Position numbers and translations under genes: made by a program. From a virus (lineage: Duplodnaviria; Caudoviricetes): a stretch of 56,094 nucleotides of DNA. The notes beneath the pieces are model-generated. The model was not told where the DNA came from and searched no databases. It saw nothing but the letters and a program-made list of their open reading frames with translations. The stretch covers positions 1 to 56,094 of the IMG/VR virus record IMGVR_UViG_3300033145_000771. One strand, given 5' to 3'. Position 1 is the first letter of the stretch; every line of letters starts with the position of its first letter. Below, one piece after another: positions 34,950 to 44,194 of the stretch.

Positions 34950-35525
34950 TTATCCTATCAACCTTAATTGCCCACCAGCACCAGCACTTTTGAGTTGATT
35001 ACATCTTAGATGTGAGGTTTGTAAATTATGTGGTGCATCCGCTCCGCCTTTTGAAATCGGAATAATGTGGTCGATTGATTTCGATAAGGGATTAGGGTGC
35101 TTCAATCTTTTGTTTACCTTTCGACCGCAAATACAGCATATCCAGCCATCACGTTCAAAAATATAATTGTCTGTGTACGGCTCGTGCTTACTGTTTCGTT
35201 TCAATGCTCGGCGTTTTCTACTATAGAATCTATACTTCTCAAGATTTTTTCGGTGATACTCCCTCTGCTGTTTAATCAGTTTTTTTGCATTAGCCAGATA
35301 TTTCGCTCTATCATATTCTGCTATTTCTTTTCTGTGAGTCAGATTATACACTTTGTGTCGGTCTGCTATTTCTTTCCTGTGAGCTAAATAATAAGCTCTG
35401 TCATATTCAGTTCTTTCTTTTTTGTGAGCCAAGCGATAAGCCTTGCTACGTGCGTTGTGCTCCTTTTTGTGCACAAGATAACGAGCTTTATCGTTTGCCT
35501 TTCTTTCTTCTTTGCTTAGAGCCAT
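34950..35525 (-). CDS. HNH endonuclease (paralogue of 33070-33678)
   Basis: 15-aa basic repeats; ERDGWICCIC, SIDHIIPISKGG, HLRCN. Confidence 0.9.
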   Translation of the reverse strand: MALSKEERKANDKARYLVHKKEHNARSKAYRLAHKKERTEYDRAYYLAHRKEIADRHKVYNLTHRKEIAEYDRAKYLANAKKLIKQQREYHRKNLEKYRFYSRKRRALKRNSKHEPYTDNYIFERDGWICCICGRKVNKRLKHPNPLSKSIDHIIPISKGGADAPHNLQTSHLRCNQLKSAGAGGQLRLIG

Positions 35526-36532
35526 TATGAAATCTCCACACCAGAGGTCTCGATATAAGCCTTAATCTGTTTTAGCTGCTCGTCGTTAAGCTTGTCCGGG
35601 CCAACTTCGTCCTCATCGACACAGAGGACAAAAGCTACAAACGCAACGAAGTCTTCGCCGCCCTTCTCAACATACAGTGCGTTGACCTCTATATATAAGT
35701 CCTTCACGTCTACGGGTTTTTCTTCCTTGGCAGGTTCGGCAGTGGATTCATCGTCTGGCACTATTCTTTTTACTCGACTATTCGGCAAATAAACTTCCGG
35801 TTCCGTCTCGACTTCCCGTATAGGCGCCGCCCCACCACATGGCCCATCGAGGCTTAGCGGGACGCCTTCCGTTTCTTCAACAGGCTTCCTCGTCGTATCG
35901 ACAGCCGAACTCGGCACAGCCAAACGCCGCTCGTCTCTGGGAGGTACATCGGACTCGGGGGCCGGTAATGGCTCTTCGCCAACCATTTCTTCTGTTATGT
36001 GCATCCCGAACAGAACATCGGGAAAGTTGTCACGCAAGTTGAATGCTCTTGCCTTGTATTTCAGCATGCGCTTCGGGTGGGTACACCACGGCCCCTTTTT
36101 TCCCCATAGACCCGCTGTCTTGGCGTCGGCTACAGAGAAGATGGAAACGACCTTATTGGAAAGCTCACCGTCCTTCCTAACACTCTCTACAAAGGCTACC
36201 ATTGAATCGCCTTCGCCAGTTACTTTCTCCGAGAAGGAATGCAACAGACCGCTCCTCTTTACCAACGCCAGAGCAGCATCGCCATACATCGTAGGCTTGC
36301 CGTGAATGACAGCGAAGGAATTAAGCGATTGCATAGGCGATAAATTTATCTCTGCACCTGTTTGAATTGCTATAAGAACTTGTTCTGAGGTTTGATAGCT
36401 ATCTGGCGCAAGACCAGATTTAATTACATATTGACCAAAACGATACATATCTTCCAAAGAGTTTAACTGCAATCCCCGATTGCCTATTGTTATCTGCTGT
36501 TTAACAATCTGTTTGTTTTCATCTTTTTCCAT
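35525..36532 (-). CDS. RecT-like single-strand annealing protein
   Basis: SGLAP, GAEINLSPMQ, GKPTMYG, AGLWGKKGPW..HPKRML. Confidence 0.8.
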   Translation of the reverse strand: MEKDENKQIVKQQITIGNRGLQLNSLEDMYRFGQYVIKSGLAPDSYQTSEQVLIAIQTGAEINLSPMQSLNSFAVIHGKPTMYGDAALALVKRSGLLHSFSEKVTGEGDSMVAFVESVRKDGELSNKVVSIFSVADAKTAGLWGKKGPWCTHPKRMLKYKARAFNLRDNFPDVLFGMHITEEMVGEEPLPAPESDVPPRDERRLAVPSSAVDTTRKPVEETEGVPLSLDGPCGGAAPIREVETEPEVYLPNSRVKRIVPDDESTAEPAKEEKPVDVKDLYIEVNALYVEKGGEDFVAFVAFVLCVDEDEVGPDKLNDEQLKQIKAYIETSGVEIS

Positions 36533-36547
36533 AATCTTTACCTTCTT

Positions 36548-36994
36548 TCAAATTTTATGATATATCTTCTTCGCTTCCAAGTAAGCATTGTGAGCTTCTT
36601 CGGCAGTCTGAAAATCTCCCAGATGTATGGACTTGCCGTTTAATCTTATCTGTGCTTGATATTTCTTTTTTCTTTTATGCCAATGATAACCTCTGGGATT
36701 CGTTTTATTCCATTGATTCTGACTATGGGTTACGATTCGTAGATTCGACCTGCAATTATTAAGGGTTATGTGATTTTCGTGGTCTGCTTGACGCTTATCG
36801 CCTCTTTTGAGTCCAAGGATTTCACGTGCCATATAAATCTTATGCTCCTTGCCATTTATTAGACCGTTATATCGCCTCGCATAGTAGCTTTTCGTATTTT
36901 TCCATTCGGCAAACCATTTCCATTGATTCAGCCATTCGTAATCTTCGTCATCGACTATTGCATATTGGCCTTGTGTAAGTGGTATTTGTTTCAT
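36548..36994 (-). CDS. HNH + AP2 endonuclease
   Basis: IPLTQGQYAIVDDED, DHENH.TLNN.RSNLR, YQAQI..HLG.F..AEEA. Confidence 0.9.
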   Translation of the reverse strand: MKQIPLTQGQYAIVDDEDYEWLNQWKWFAEWKNTKSYYARRYNGLINGKEHKIYMAREILGLKRGDKRQADHENHITLNNCRSNLRIVTHSQNQWNKTNPRGYHWHKRKKKYQAQIRLNGKSIHLGDFQTAEEAHNAYLEAKKIYHKI

Positions 36995-37006
36995 TTTATC
37001 TCTAAT

Positions 37007-37133
37007 AAAAAAAGCCAGCCGAAGTTGTTACGCAGAATGGGATTGCTCCCGATTTGCCTTCGGCTGGTTGTATTTGAATCTTTTGTTCTGCGTAACATGC
37101 CGTAATAATATGTCTTCTATCGGCTTAGTGCAA
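37007..37133 (-). promoter_or_regulatory. Promoter + A-B-A'-B'-polyU leader (copy 4)
   Basis: TTGCAC-17-TATTAT; TGTTACGCAGAA/TTCTGCGTAACA; CCAGCCGAAG/CTTCGGCTGG; T-run. Confidence 0.65.
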
Positions 37134-37453
37134 CACAATTCTTTAGAGATTTTTGAAGTTTTTTCTAAGATGTGTATTGCGTGGAGGTTATGGCAATTAT
37201 TTTTTTCAATTACCTTTGCTCGTACTTCTCATACCGTATAGCATACAAAAGAAAGAGACGGCCAGCCGAACTGAATACCGCCTCTACCACCTTTGTTACA
37301 GAAGGGTTTACTTTCTATGCCTATTCCTGAATTCTTCCACTTTACGAATAGGCCATGCTATACCTTTTAGTAAAAAGATAATCCGATCCCACACATAGTT
37401 AACTATCTTTTCACCTTTAGTATAGTCAGGTTGTTTTCCAGGCCCAATCATGT

Positions 37454-37999
37454 TCAATCTTTCGGAAAAGGTATTCGCCAGCCGATACGAGTTATAAATT
37501 CATAATCCGTTCGACCGCCTAAATCACCGAACATAGAACCGTAACTTGTCTCTACTTCTATCGAAGAAGTTGCTTCCGGAGTCAACTTAATAGAGACACC
37601 CGCCATCGCTTCAATAAGACCAGCGTCTTTATCTATCAAATTTATAGTGCATTGACCGCCGAAGTATGGGCGCATTACAGCGTCTTCCGTTATCACTTTA
37701 AGCAACATTCCCGGCAATAACGGAATTTGACTTTCAGGATCAAGTACATCCGATAGTCTTTGGATAGCGCCAAGAGTTATTACTTGTGGAGTGTCTTCTC
37801 TGGGAAACCATACACATCCAATGAAGGGCTCTAACCCGCCGTTCTCATTTCCGAGATAATAACCGAGACGCGCTGTAAGAGCGTTATCAGAATTGACTGA
37901 CGTTACCTGCTCCGTCATCACTGCAACCGTTAGTCCGGCAGCTTGTACCATTGAACATGTTAGAATTATGATCCCTAGTATAAGTAGTAGTTTTTTCAT
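37454..37999 (-). CDS. Secreted, putative small outer-membrane beta-barrel protein
   Basis: Signal peptide ending VQA; C-terminal RIGWRIPF. Confidence 0.55.
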   Translation of the reverse strand: MKKLLLILGIIILTCSMVQAAGLTVAVMTEQVTSVNSDNALTARLGYYLGNENGGLEPFIGCVWFPREDTPQVITLGAIQRLSDVLDPESQIPLLPGMLLKVITEDAVMRPYFGGQCTINLIDKDAGLIEAMAGVSIKLTPEATSSIEVETSYGSMFGDLGGRTDYEFITRIGWRIPFPKD

Positions 38000-38032
38000 C
38001 TTCTTATTTTCCTTTCTTGTATTTTCTGTAAG

Positions 38033-38260
38033 TTATTTAGGGCCGTATTTCTTAACCCCTCTTTTAAGATCAAGGCCAGTAACAACGTTTGCAATCTTGA
38101 GCCAACCTTGAAACTTCTTCATCCACTTGTTATCGGTCTCGTTAGGAGTGATAGCAACGATAACGCTTGCTATCCCATATACGAAACCAACAATAGCTAA
38201 AAATTCAGTGGTGCCAAATTTTGTAGTTGCATCGGCAACTACCATACTTAGATTAAGCAT
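38033..38260 (-). CDS. Putative holin-like membrane protein
   Basis: TM then ITPNETDNK; basic C-terminus; follows tail genes. Confidence 0.5.
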   Translation of the reverse strand: MLNLSMVVADATTKFGTTEFLAIVGFVYGIASVIVAITPNETDNKWMKKFQGWLKIANVVTGLDLKRGVKKYGPK

Positions 38261-38275
38261 TGCTTCTCCTTTCTT

Positions 38276-38638
38276 TTATCCAGCTTCTTTTGAAACGTTA
38301 GTGCTATGATTTAGTTCAACCTTCTGAGTAGAACGAGCTTGATCACGATATATAAGTAACAGCCATCCAGCAAGGCTGATAATTGACGTGGCTATGACAA
38401 CTTTAAGAATACACAACCAGAAATCTTGCCACTTATTAAACTGTCCTTTAGATTGCACAAGGCGATCTACTTGCTTAACCATGCCATTATTCCCTTTCTC
38501 TCCGTAGATCGTACCTCTTAATTCTTCTATTTTAGCTTCATGGAAGACGTATCGTTGTTCAAAACTGGCTCGCCACAAAAGCATCGTGTCGAGTTTTTTA
38601 TCCATAGCGTCAAGTTTGTTTTCCATTGCTGTCGGCAT
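38276..38638 (-). CDS. Coiled-coil + TM protein (lysis-associated?)
   Basis: Single C-terminal TM. Confidence 0.5.
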   Translation of the reverse strand: MPTAMENKLDAMDKKLDTMLLWRASFEQRYVFHEAKIEELRGTIYGEKGNNGMVKQVDRLVQSKGQFNKWQDFWLCILKVVIATSIISLAGWLLLIYRDQARSTQKVELNHSTNVSKEAG

Positions 38639-38965
38639 TTATTTTTTCTCCAAGTTTGTTATTCGGTTGAATATTGCTTGTAGTTGTTCATTAGTGATTT
38701 TCGCAGGTTTTTGTGTTTCTGGTATTTCTGGTGGCTTTGGTGGTTTGTCCGCTTCAATTTCTTCTGACGTCTTATCAACTACCCGTGGATTAATAGGCTG
38801 TCCTTCGTCATCAAAACCGTCAAATTGTACTTTTTGAATACTGTCATTTGCCTCACCTTCAATTACAAATTCATCTGGTTTATGAGCTTCGGCATCAAAC
38901 AAAAAACCAGGGCAGCTTCCAGACCTTTGAATGTTTCCTTCTTTATTGTAGATAATATAGTTCAT
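38639..38965 (-). CDS. Tail-associated small protein
   Basis: TAATG coupling to tail-tip gene. Confidence 0.55.
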   Translation of the reverse strand: MNYIIYNKEGNIQRSGSCPGFLFDAEAHKPDEFVIEGEANDSIQKVQFDGFDDEGQPINPRVVDKTSEEIEADKPPKPPEIPETQKPAKITNEQLQAIFNRITNLEKK

Positions 38966-41900
38966 TATTTTTTCACCGCTATTGCAAACATTGAACGAAA
39001 TGTACAAGAAAATTGAGTACTACCATCTAATTGTATTGAATATGTCACTACTGCAGCACCTGGAATATCTGTGAATGTTACTGGCAGCTGTATGCCAAAA
39101 TTATTTAATATAGATATTCCTACAGCTGGCACATTATCGTATATAGTAGTTGGTGTGCCACCAACTGTTCGCAATATCTTTATTCCATCTATATGCTCTG
39201 TCTGCCCCGCTGTATTAATAACCGTACAAGTAAATGATATCCAAACAGGAACATCTGCTGCGACCTCAATAACAAGAGATTGAACAGTTGTGTACGAAGT
39301 CTGAACTGTAATCGACCCCGCAGTATAAGCAGACACAGGAATTGTTACCGCATTATTTGCAATTTTAAGTGTGTCAACCGCCAAGTCTTTGATATTACCA
39401 TATTCGACAGCTAACAACCCGATCTTGGCGCTCGTGACAGCAAGCGCCGCGATCTTGCCTTCACTCACAGCCAAGTTTGCAAGTTTAGTTGTGCCGACGG
39501 CTAAATCAGCAAGCTTTGCTTGAACGACGGCATTGTCCGCAAGTATCTCAGACGCCGCTGTGATCGCACCTTCTTCAATGTCGTCAGTCTGAGCTTGTCT
39601 TATCACTAAAGCATCGTCACAATACATGTATCCCGCAGTCATACTGTATGCGCGTATTCTAAGCATCCCGTACGCCGCGGTAGCTGGAACAGTTAAAATT
39701 TTGGACGCTTCTTGCCACGAAGTGCTGGGAGTAAGATTTACTCCATCGCCAGAAACATAAACATCTGCAGCAGTGTACCAATAAATATCAACACCAGAGC
39801 TTCCTGTCGCCGCAAAAGTTGCTGAAAACATCATCCAAGCAGACATGTGATATTTTTCGCCTGGAATTACATAAAACTTATTGCTGGTAAAAACTCTACT
39901 TCCCACTCCGGTTGCTCTTGCCATCCAGGCACCGGTACGACTACTGGCTGATTCATAAATTATACCATCCGTTGGTTTAGTCCAAACAACATCTCCTGCC
40001 TCAAAGCCCGGATTCTGGATTAGATTCGTGAAATTTGAAGCTACCAAGTGCTCTGGTAGAATTGCCAAATCTTGTATATTAGCAGCACCAACGGCCAATG
40101 CACCTATTTGTCCAAACTCAGCAGTAAGAGTACCAGCTTGTATTAGCCCACCGTGAATGATTTGGAAGGGTTGGGCACTGTGGACTACACCGTCTATATT
40201 AAAAGCCATGCACCAACCGCCAGCTAAAATAGCAGTCGTCACGTCACTGAAAAGGTTTGTTGTTGAAAATTGGTTTTCTGCTCCCGGATCCCAATAAATA
40301 TAAGAATCTGTAGTATTGTCTGCGGCTATCTCATATAAGACGCCTTTGATTCTGAGCATGATAGGGTCTTCGCCATCCGTGTTCGCCCATGAGACTGTAT
40401 CAACATCATTCCCGCTCCATGTGCAATTACTCATCAATGGTATATCATGTGAAGGTTCAATTGGAAGTACCCTATTAACATAAGCAGTCATTTCCTTCCA
40501 AGTTACAGGTCTTCCTACATCAAGTACTGGGCCAGGCCATATATAATTTACATTAGGATTTGCAGGATCAGCATCATCTGAGTCATAAAGTGCAACGTCA
40601 TAAGTCTCGACCACGACATCGAAATAGTTGTTGGTAGATGGATCGATGCTTTTGATTCGCCTTAGTTTAGTTGTCCCCACTGCCACTTGATTACCTTTGA
40701 TAGGTGTAACAGCCCAATTTATAGTTACTGTAATTACACGCCCTGATACAGAATCTACTATGTAATCTTCGGTACGGACAACTTTCATGGCGCCATCGTA
40801 TGTGCGGATATAAAGTGCATCGGCCGGAGATACTTCATCCTCAACATTTCTGTCAACAGTAATAGTATCTGCAGTTGCGCTCATGACTCTGAATGCTTTG
40901 CCCCAATTGGCAGGTCTATTTTGTAATCTTATCACGTCACCAAGTTTATAACGGAATCCTTCTTTATGTACCTGAAATTGGTTTACGTTACGAATCAATT
41001 TGTTGCGTGTAAGAAGATGATGTGCATAGTGCCAGGCAGCACCACGAGAAGTAAGTCCAACGCCTTCAAATTCTTTTATTTTTCTGAACCCACCAGCATC
41101 TGCCATTGCATCGTCTGCCGAAGTTCTCTCGTAACCTTGTTTTTCGTCAATGTACATCACTTTAATGACGCCTGGTAATTCAGAAGCTATAGCCCACGCG
41201 TTGCTCCACGTACCAGGCATTATGCTGTCCATCGTCACAAGATCGATTGGCGTCGCTACGGCTTGTTCAATCCAACCCGTGAGCTTATCAGAATAATAAA
41301 GATGTGCACGTCCGACTTCTGCTATCTTATGAGCAAGGTCAAAGATATTCGTAAATTCTTTGACTTTAATATTACAGTCGCATCGGTGCTCGGTGCCGCC
41401 ATAACCGTCATCAACGTTAACATCGCAAAAAGTAGCCCATGCAGTAAAAAATGTCGGGTCTAAATTACTTGGATCTAAACCATCATAACGTTCAATCGCG
41501 TATACACCTTCGCCACCACCATCGCCGTCACCACTAATACATGGTTGTGTCAATATATCCCAAGTAACAGAAGCTCTGTTATTGCAATATTCTAAATCAC
41601 CAGTTAACAAATTGTAAATAATTCTATCTTCACGCACGACCTTGATGTTAAGACTTCCACTTAGCCTATCTGTAGCTACTGCTGTAATACCAAGCAATGC
41701 TCTACCTGGATATGTATAAGCTATTTCAGATACTTCACGAACTGATCTAAGAGTTGCATCCAGTACAAAACGATCTGTAGTGTCCGCACTTAGTTTCTTG
41801 TAACTCAACTCATATTGCGTTCCTTTGACAACCCTGCCCGGACTTAACGTGTTTACGCTATATTGTTTGAAAAAAGGTTCTCTTGTTTCTCTTGTTATCG

Positions 41901-42504
41901 CAGCAGGAGAAATATCTTCCCAACTTCCGCCAACTGGACGGATTTTAATTTCGATGTCTACTGTCGTATATTTTGTACCACCATCACCCATGTTACGAAT
42001 CATACCGTTGGGATACATGATCGTAAATTCAATGTCATCAAAGAAATCATTCGGTGTTATAAATGTCTGAGTCTTGTTATATAACAACTCGGTATTTTGA
42101 CCATACTCAAGCTTAAGTTTCTCAAAACCCGTCATGCACGTCTGCTCCATAGTGCCAAGACGCTCTTGTATAGTTACATCACCGTAACTGGTATATGGCT
42201 GGTCGTTAATATAGACAATGTTATCGCCGATGCCTTTTGTTGGTCCGTCACCGTGATCAAGAATCATGTGCAAAATTTCACGTTCAGATCCATCGACACT
42301 TGTCCACCTTGCGATAATGTTTCCATGGTGTAAATTCTTACCATAATTACGAGGTCTTGGCGGACCTTCTATCTGTGACGAGCGATCTCTCCACGTACGA
42401 CTTCCTACACCTTCTATTGGATCTTCATCAAATTCGACATCAGGTTGAAGCCATTTCAAGATAGGCTTCAAAGGCCAAGTAATGAAATCCCAAAAATTAC
42501 TCAT
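38965..42504 (-). CDS. Tail tip / host-specificity protein (gpJ-like) with carbohydrate-binding-like domain
   Basis: 1179 aa after tape measure and minor tail genes; NLIQNPGFEAG; LAV repeats. Confidence 0.8.
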   Translation of the reverse strand: MSNFWDFITWPLKPILKWLQPDVEFDEDPIEGVGSRTWRDRSSQIEGPPRPRNYGKNLHHGNIIARWTSVDGSEREILHMILDHGDGPTKGIGDNIVYINDQPYTSYGDVTIQERLGTMEQTCMTGFEKLKLEYGQNTELLYNKTQTFITPNDFFDDIEFTIMYPNGMIRNMGDGGTKYTTVDIEIKIRPVGGSWEDISPAAITRETREPFFKQYSVNTLSPGRVVKGTQYELSYKKLSADTTDRFVLDATLRSVREVSEIAYTYPGRALLGITAVATDRLSGSLNIKVVREDRIIYNLLTGDLEYCNNRASVTWDILTQPCISGDGDGGGEGVYAIERYDGLDPSNLDPTFFTAWATFCDVNVDDGYGGTEHRCDCNIKVKEFTNIFDLAHKIAEVGRAHLYYSDKLTGWIEQAVATPIDLVTMDSIMPGTWSNAWAIASELPGVIKVMYIDEKQGYERTSADDAMADAGGFRKIKEFEGVGLTSRGAAWHYAHHLLTRNKLIRNVNQFQVHKEGFRYKLGDVIRLQNRPANWGKAFRVMSATADTITVDRNVEDEVSPADALYIRTYDGAMKVVRTEDYIVDSVSGRVITVTINWAVTPIKGNQVAVGTTKLRRIKSIDPSTNNYFDVVVETYDVALYDSDDADPANPNVNYIWPGPVLDVGRPVTWKEMTAYVNRVLPIEPSHDIPLMSNCTWSGNDVDTVSWANTDGEDPIMLRIKGVLYEIAADNTTDSYIYWDPGAENQFSTTNLFSDVTTAILAGGWCMAFNIDGVVHSAQPFQIIHGGLIQAGTLTAEFGQIGALAVGAANIQDLAILPEHLVASNFTNLIQNPGFEAGDVVWTKPTDGIIYESASSRTGAWMARATGVGSRVFTSNKFYVIPGEKYHMSAWMMFSATFAATGSSGVDIYWYTAADVYVSGDGVNLTPSTSWQEASKILTVPATAAYGMLRIRAYSMTAGYMYCDDALVIRQAQTDDIEEGAITAASEILADNAVVQAKLADLAVGTTKLANLAVSEGKIAALAVTSAKIGLLAVEYGNIKDLAVDTLKIANNAVTIPVSAYTAGSITVQTSYTTVQSLVIEVAADVPVWISFTCTVINTAGQTEHIDGIKILRTVGGTPTTIYDNVPAVGISILNNFGIQLPVTFTDIPGAAVVTYSIQLDGSTQFSCTFRSMFAIAVKK

Positions 42505-42512
42505 AATTTCCT

Positions 42513-43199
42513 CTATGTTCTAGAAACGCTTGGGTCGAGTCCAAGATTGCCACCCCAATGTGTAGCATTACTCTTCGTGATGCAGTCCTCAAGTTTACCA
42601 GTACATGTACCGTCGCCACCAGCGTATTGACACTCTGGACCTTTGAACAACCCAGGCAAAGCATAAGGACAAAGTTTGCTTGAGTAACGTCTTAACGGTA
42701 CTTTCATCAACAACGGATTCGGTAATCCACAGGAAATAGCAATAATCTTTTCATCACTTTCGGAGTTAAGTATGTCTATGGTTTGCTCTAACTCTTCAAT
42801 AGCAAAGGTAAGAAAGTCTTCATGTGTTCTTATTATTTTAATCGTGCCGCCATATCCACCTTCAGTCGCATTAAGTCTGTCTTCTAAAATATGGTCGGCA
42901 TCTTGAGTAAATAATATAGTCGTTCTTGGCACTGAACCTCCACCAGTTAAAGATGACATTCTTAGGTCGAAGTTGTATGCAACGTAAGTGATGCCACCAT
43001 AGACGATGTTCTCATTATTACGTGCGTAGTATAATGTATCATAACCAGATATGGTAATTTCAACTAACCATAACCATGCCCCCCCGCTATACGGATCTAT
43101 CAAGGCCGCGTGCATGGCGGGCGGCATCGTTGCAATATGAAGATATCCCTCAGAAACGTCTTCAGCTGTTGCTGCTTCAGTTATTGTAGCATTAGCCAT
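42513..43199 (-). CDS. Minor tail protein (gpL-like)
   Basis: CPY..FKGPECQY....TC....DC Cys cluster. Confidence 0.7.
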   Translation of the reverse strand: MANATITEAATAEDVSEGYLHIATMPPAMHAALIDPYSGGAWLWLVEITISGYDTLYYARNNENIVYGGITYVAYNFDLRMSSLTGGGSVPRTTILFTQDADHILEDRLNATEGGYGGTIKIIRTHEDFLTFAIEELEQTIDILNSESDEKIIAISCGLPNPLLMKVPLRRYSSKLCPYALPGLFKGPECQYAGGDGTCTGKLEDCITKSNATHWGGNLGLDPSVSRT

Positions 43200-43273
43200 A
43201 ATTTATTCTCAGGTAATAATAAAGAGGCAGGAGGAACGATATACTACCCGCCTCACTCCGGATATTTCTGCAA

Positions 43274-43830
43274 TTAAAGTGAAGCTGTGTAGGTTACATT
43301 CAGTGTGTCAGTATCTGCAACAACTTTGTCGCCGCCTGTAAAGGCACCTGCGGAGTATAATACGCCACCGGTATTATCAACGGTTGATACAGCACCAGTG
43401 TGGAACACGATGAAACAACCCTTAACTGTACCTGCTCCTGTAATTGCAAAAGAAACTGCCGACGATAAAGCTTTACTCCCTGCTGCTGCGGCGTCCCATG
43501 AACAAGTCTTTCTTGGAACAGTGTAAGTCGGTGCATTGGTTACACCAGCTTCTTTCCAACCAGAGTGTGATGCCATTGTATCACCAGCGGCTACTGCTGA
43601 CCAATCAACGCTGCTAATCAAGCCAAGAAACGGGCCTGTGACCGTGTAAGACGATCCTTGCCTATCGTACAGACCACATTATCAATGGAAGCCTTCCATT
43701 TGAGCTTTCCGTTTTTGTCGAGACATTCGACATCGAATCTGCCATGAGCAGAGGCCTTTTCGCTATGGCCAGATCCACGAATGATACCAGCATCGCAGTG
43801 ATCCAATTCATTTGCTTTTTCTGTGTGCAT
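43274..43830 (-). pseudogene. Virion structural gene split by a frameshift (43618-43830 and 43274-43621)
   Basis: NVVCTIGK continues as GSSYTVTGPFLGLISS in the -1 frame near 43655. Confidence 0.55.
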
Positions 43831-43842
43831 AACTATTCCTTT

Positions 43843-44193
43843 CTATAAGGGACTGTACTGAGTGAACATTAAATCGATTCGCCAACGTGTTTTAAGTCTA
43901 TCGAGAGCACATTTAGGTGGACGAGCAAAGATAACTTCATATTCTTCGCCGTCTTGATTATTAGTCCACTTAAATGGCACATCGCAATTAGCTTTATAAA
44001 ACGTTATAACACTTTCTTTATCAGTCTGTGTTACAAGATTCAACTGCACTGTAAAAGTTTTAGGGTCAAAGGTGAATAACTTATTCAACAATGGCAATCC
44101 ACTTGCTTTGTTGGCAACCTGAACAGCGTCTGTACTCTGTACTTCCATAAAATTATGTCCAGGTGTACGTGATAACACAGGAAAAGTTTCCAC
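43843..44193 (-). CDS. Distal/minor tail protein
   Basis: Directly after tape measure; AGGAG-GTG. Confidence 0.65.
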   Translation of the reverse strand: METFPVLSRTPGHNFMEVQSTDAVQVANKASGLPLLNKLFTFDPKTFTVQLNLVTQTDKESVITFYKANCDVPFKWTNNQDGEEYEVIFARPPKCALDRLKTRWRIDLMFTQYSPL

Positions 44194-44194
44194 T

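Noticed and set aside
37117-37146. Sigma28-like promoter (TAAA...GCCGATAG)
   Set aside because: Spacing longer than consensus; a sigma70-like pair explains the site
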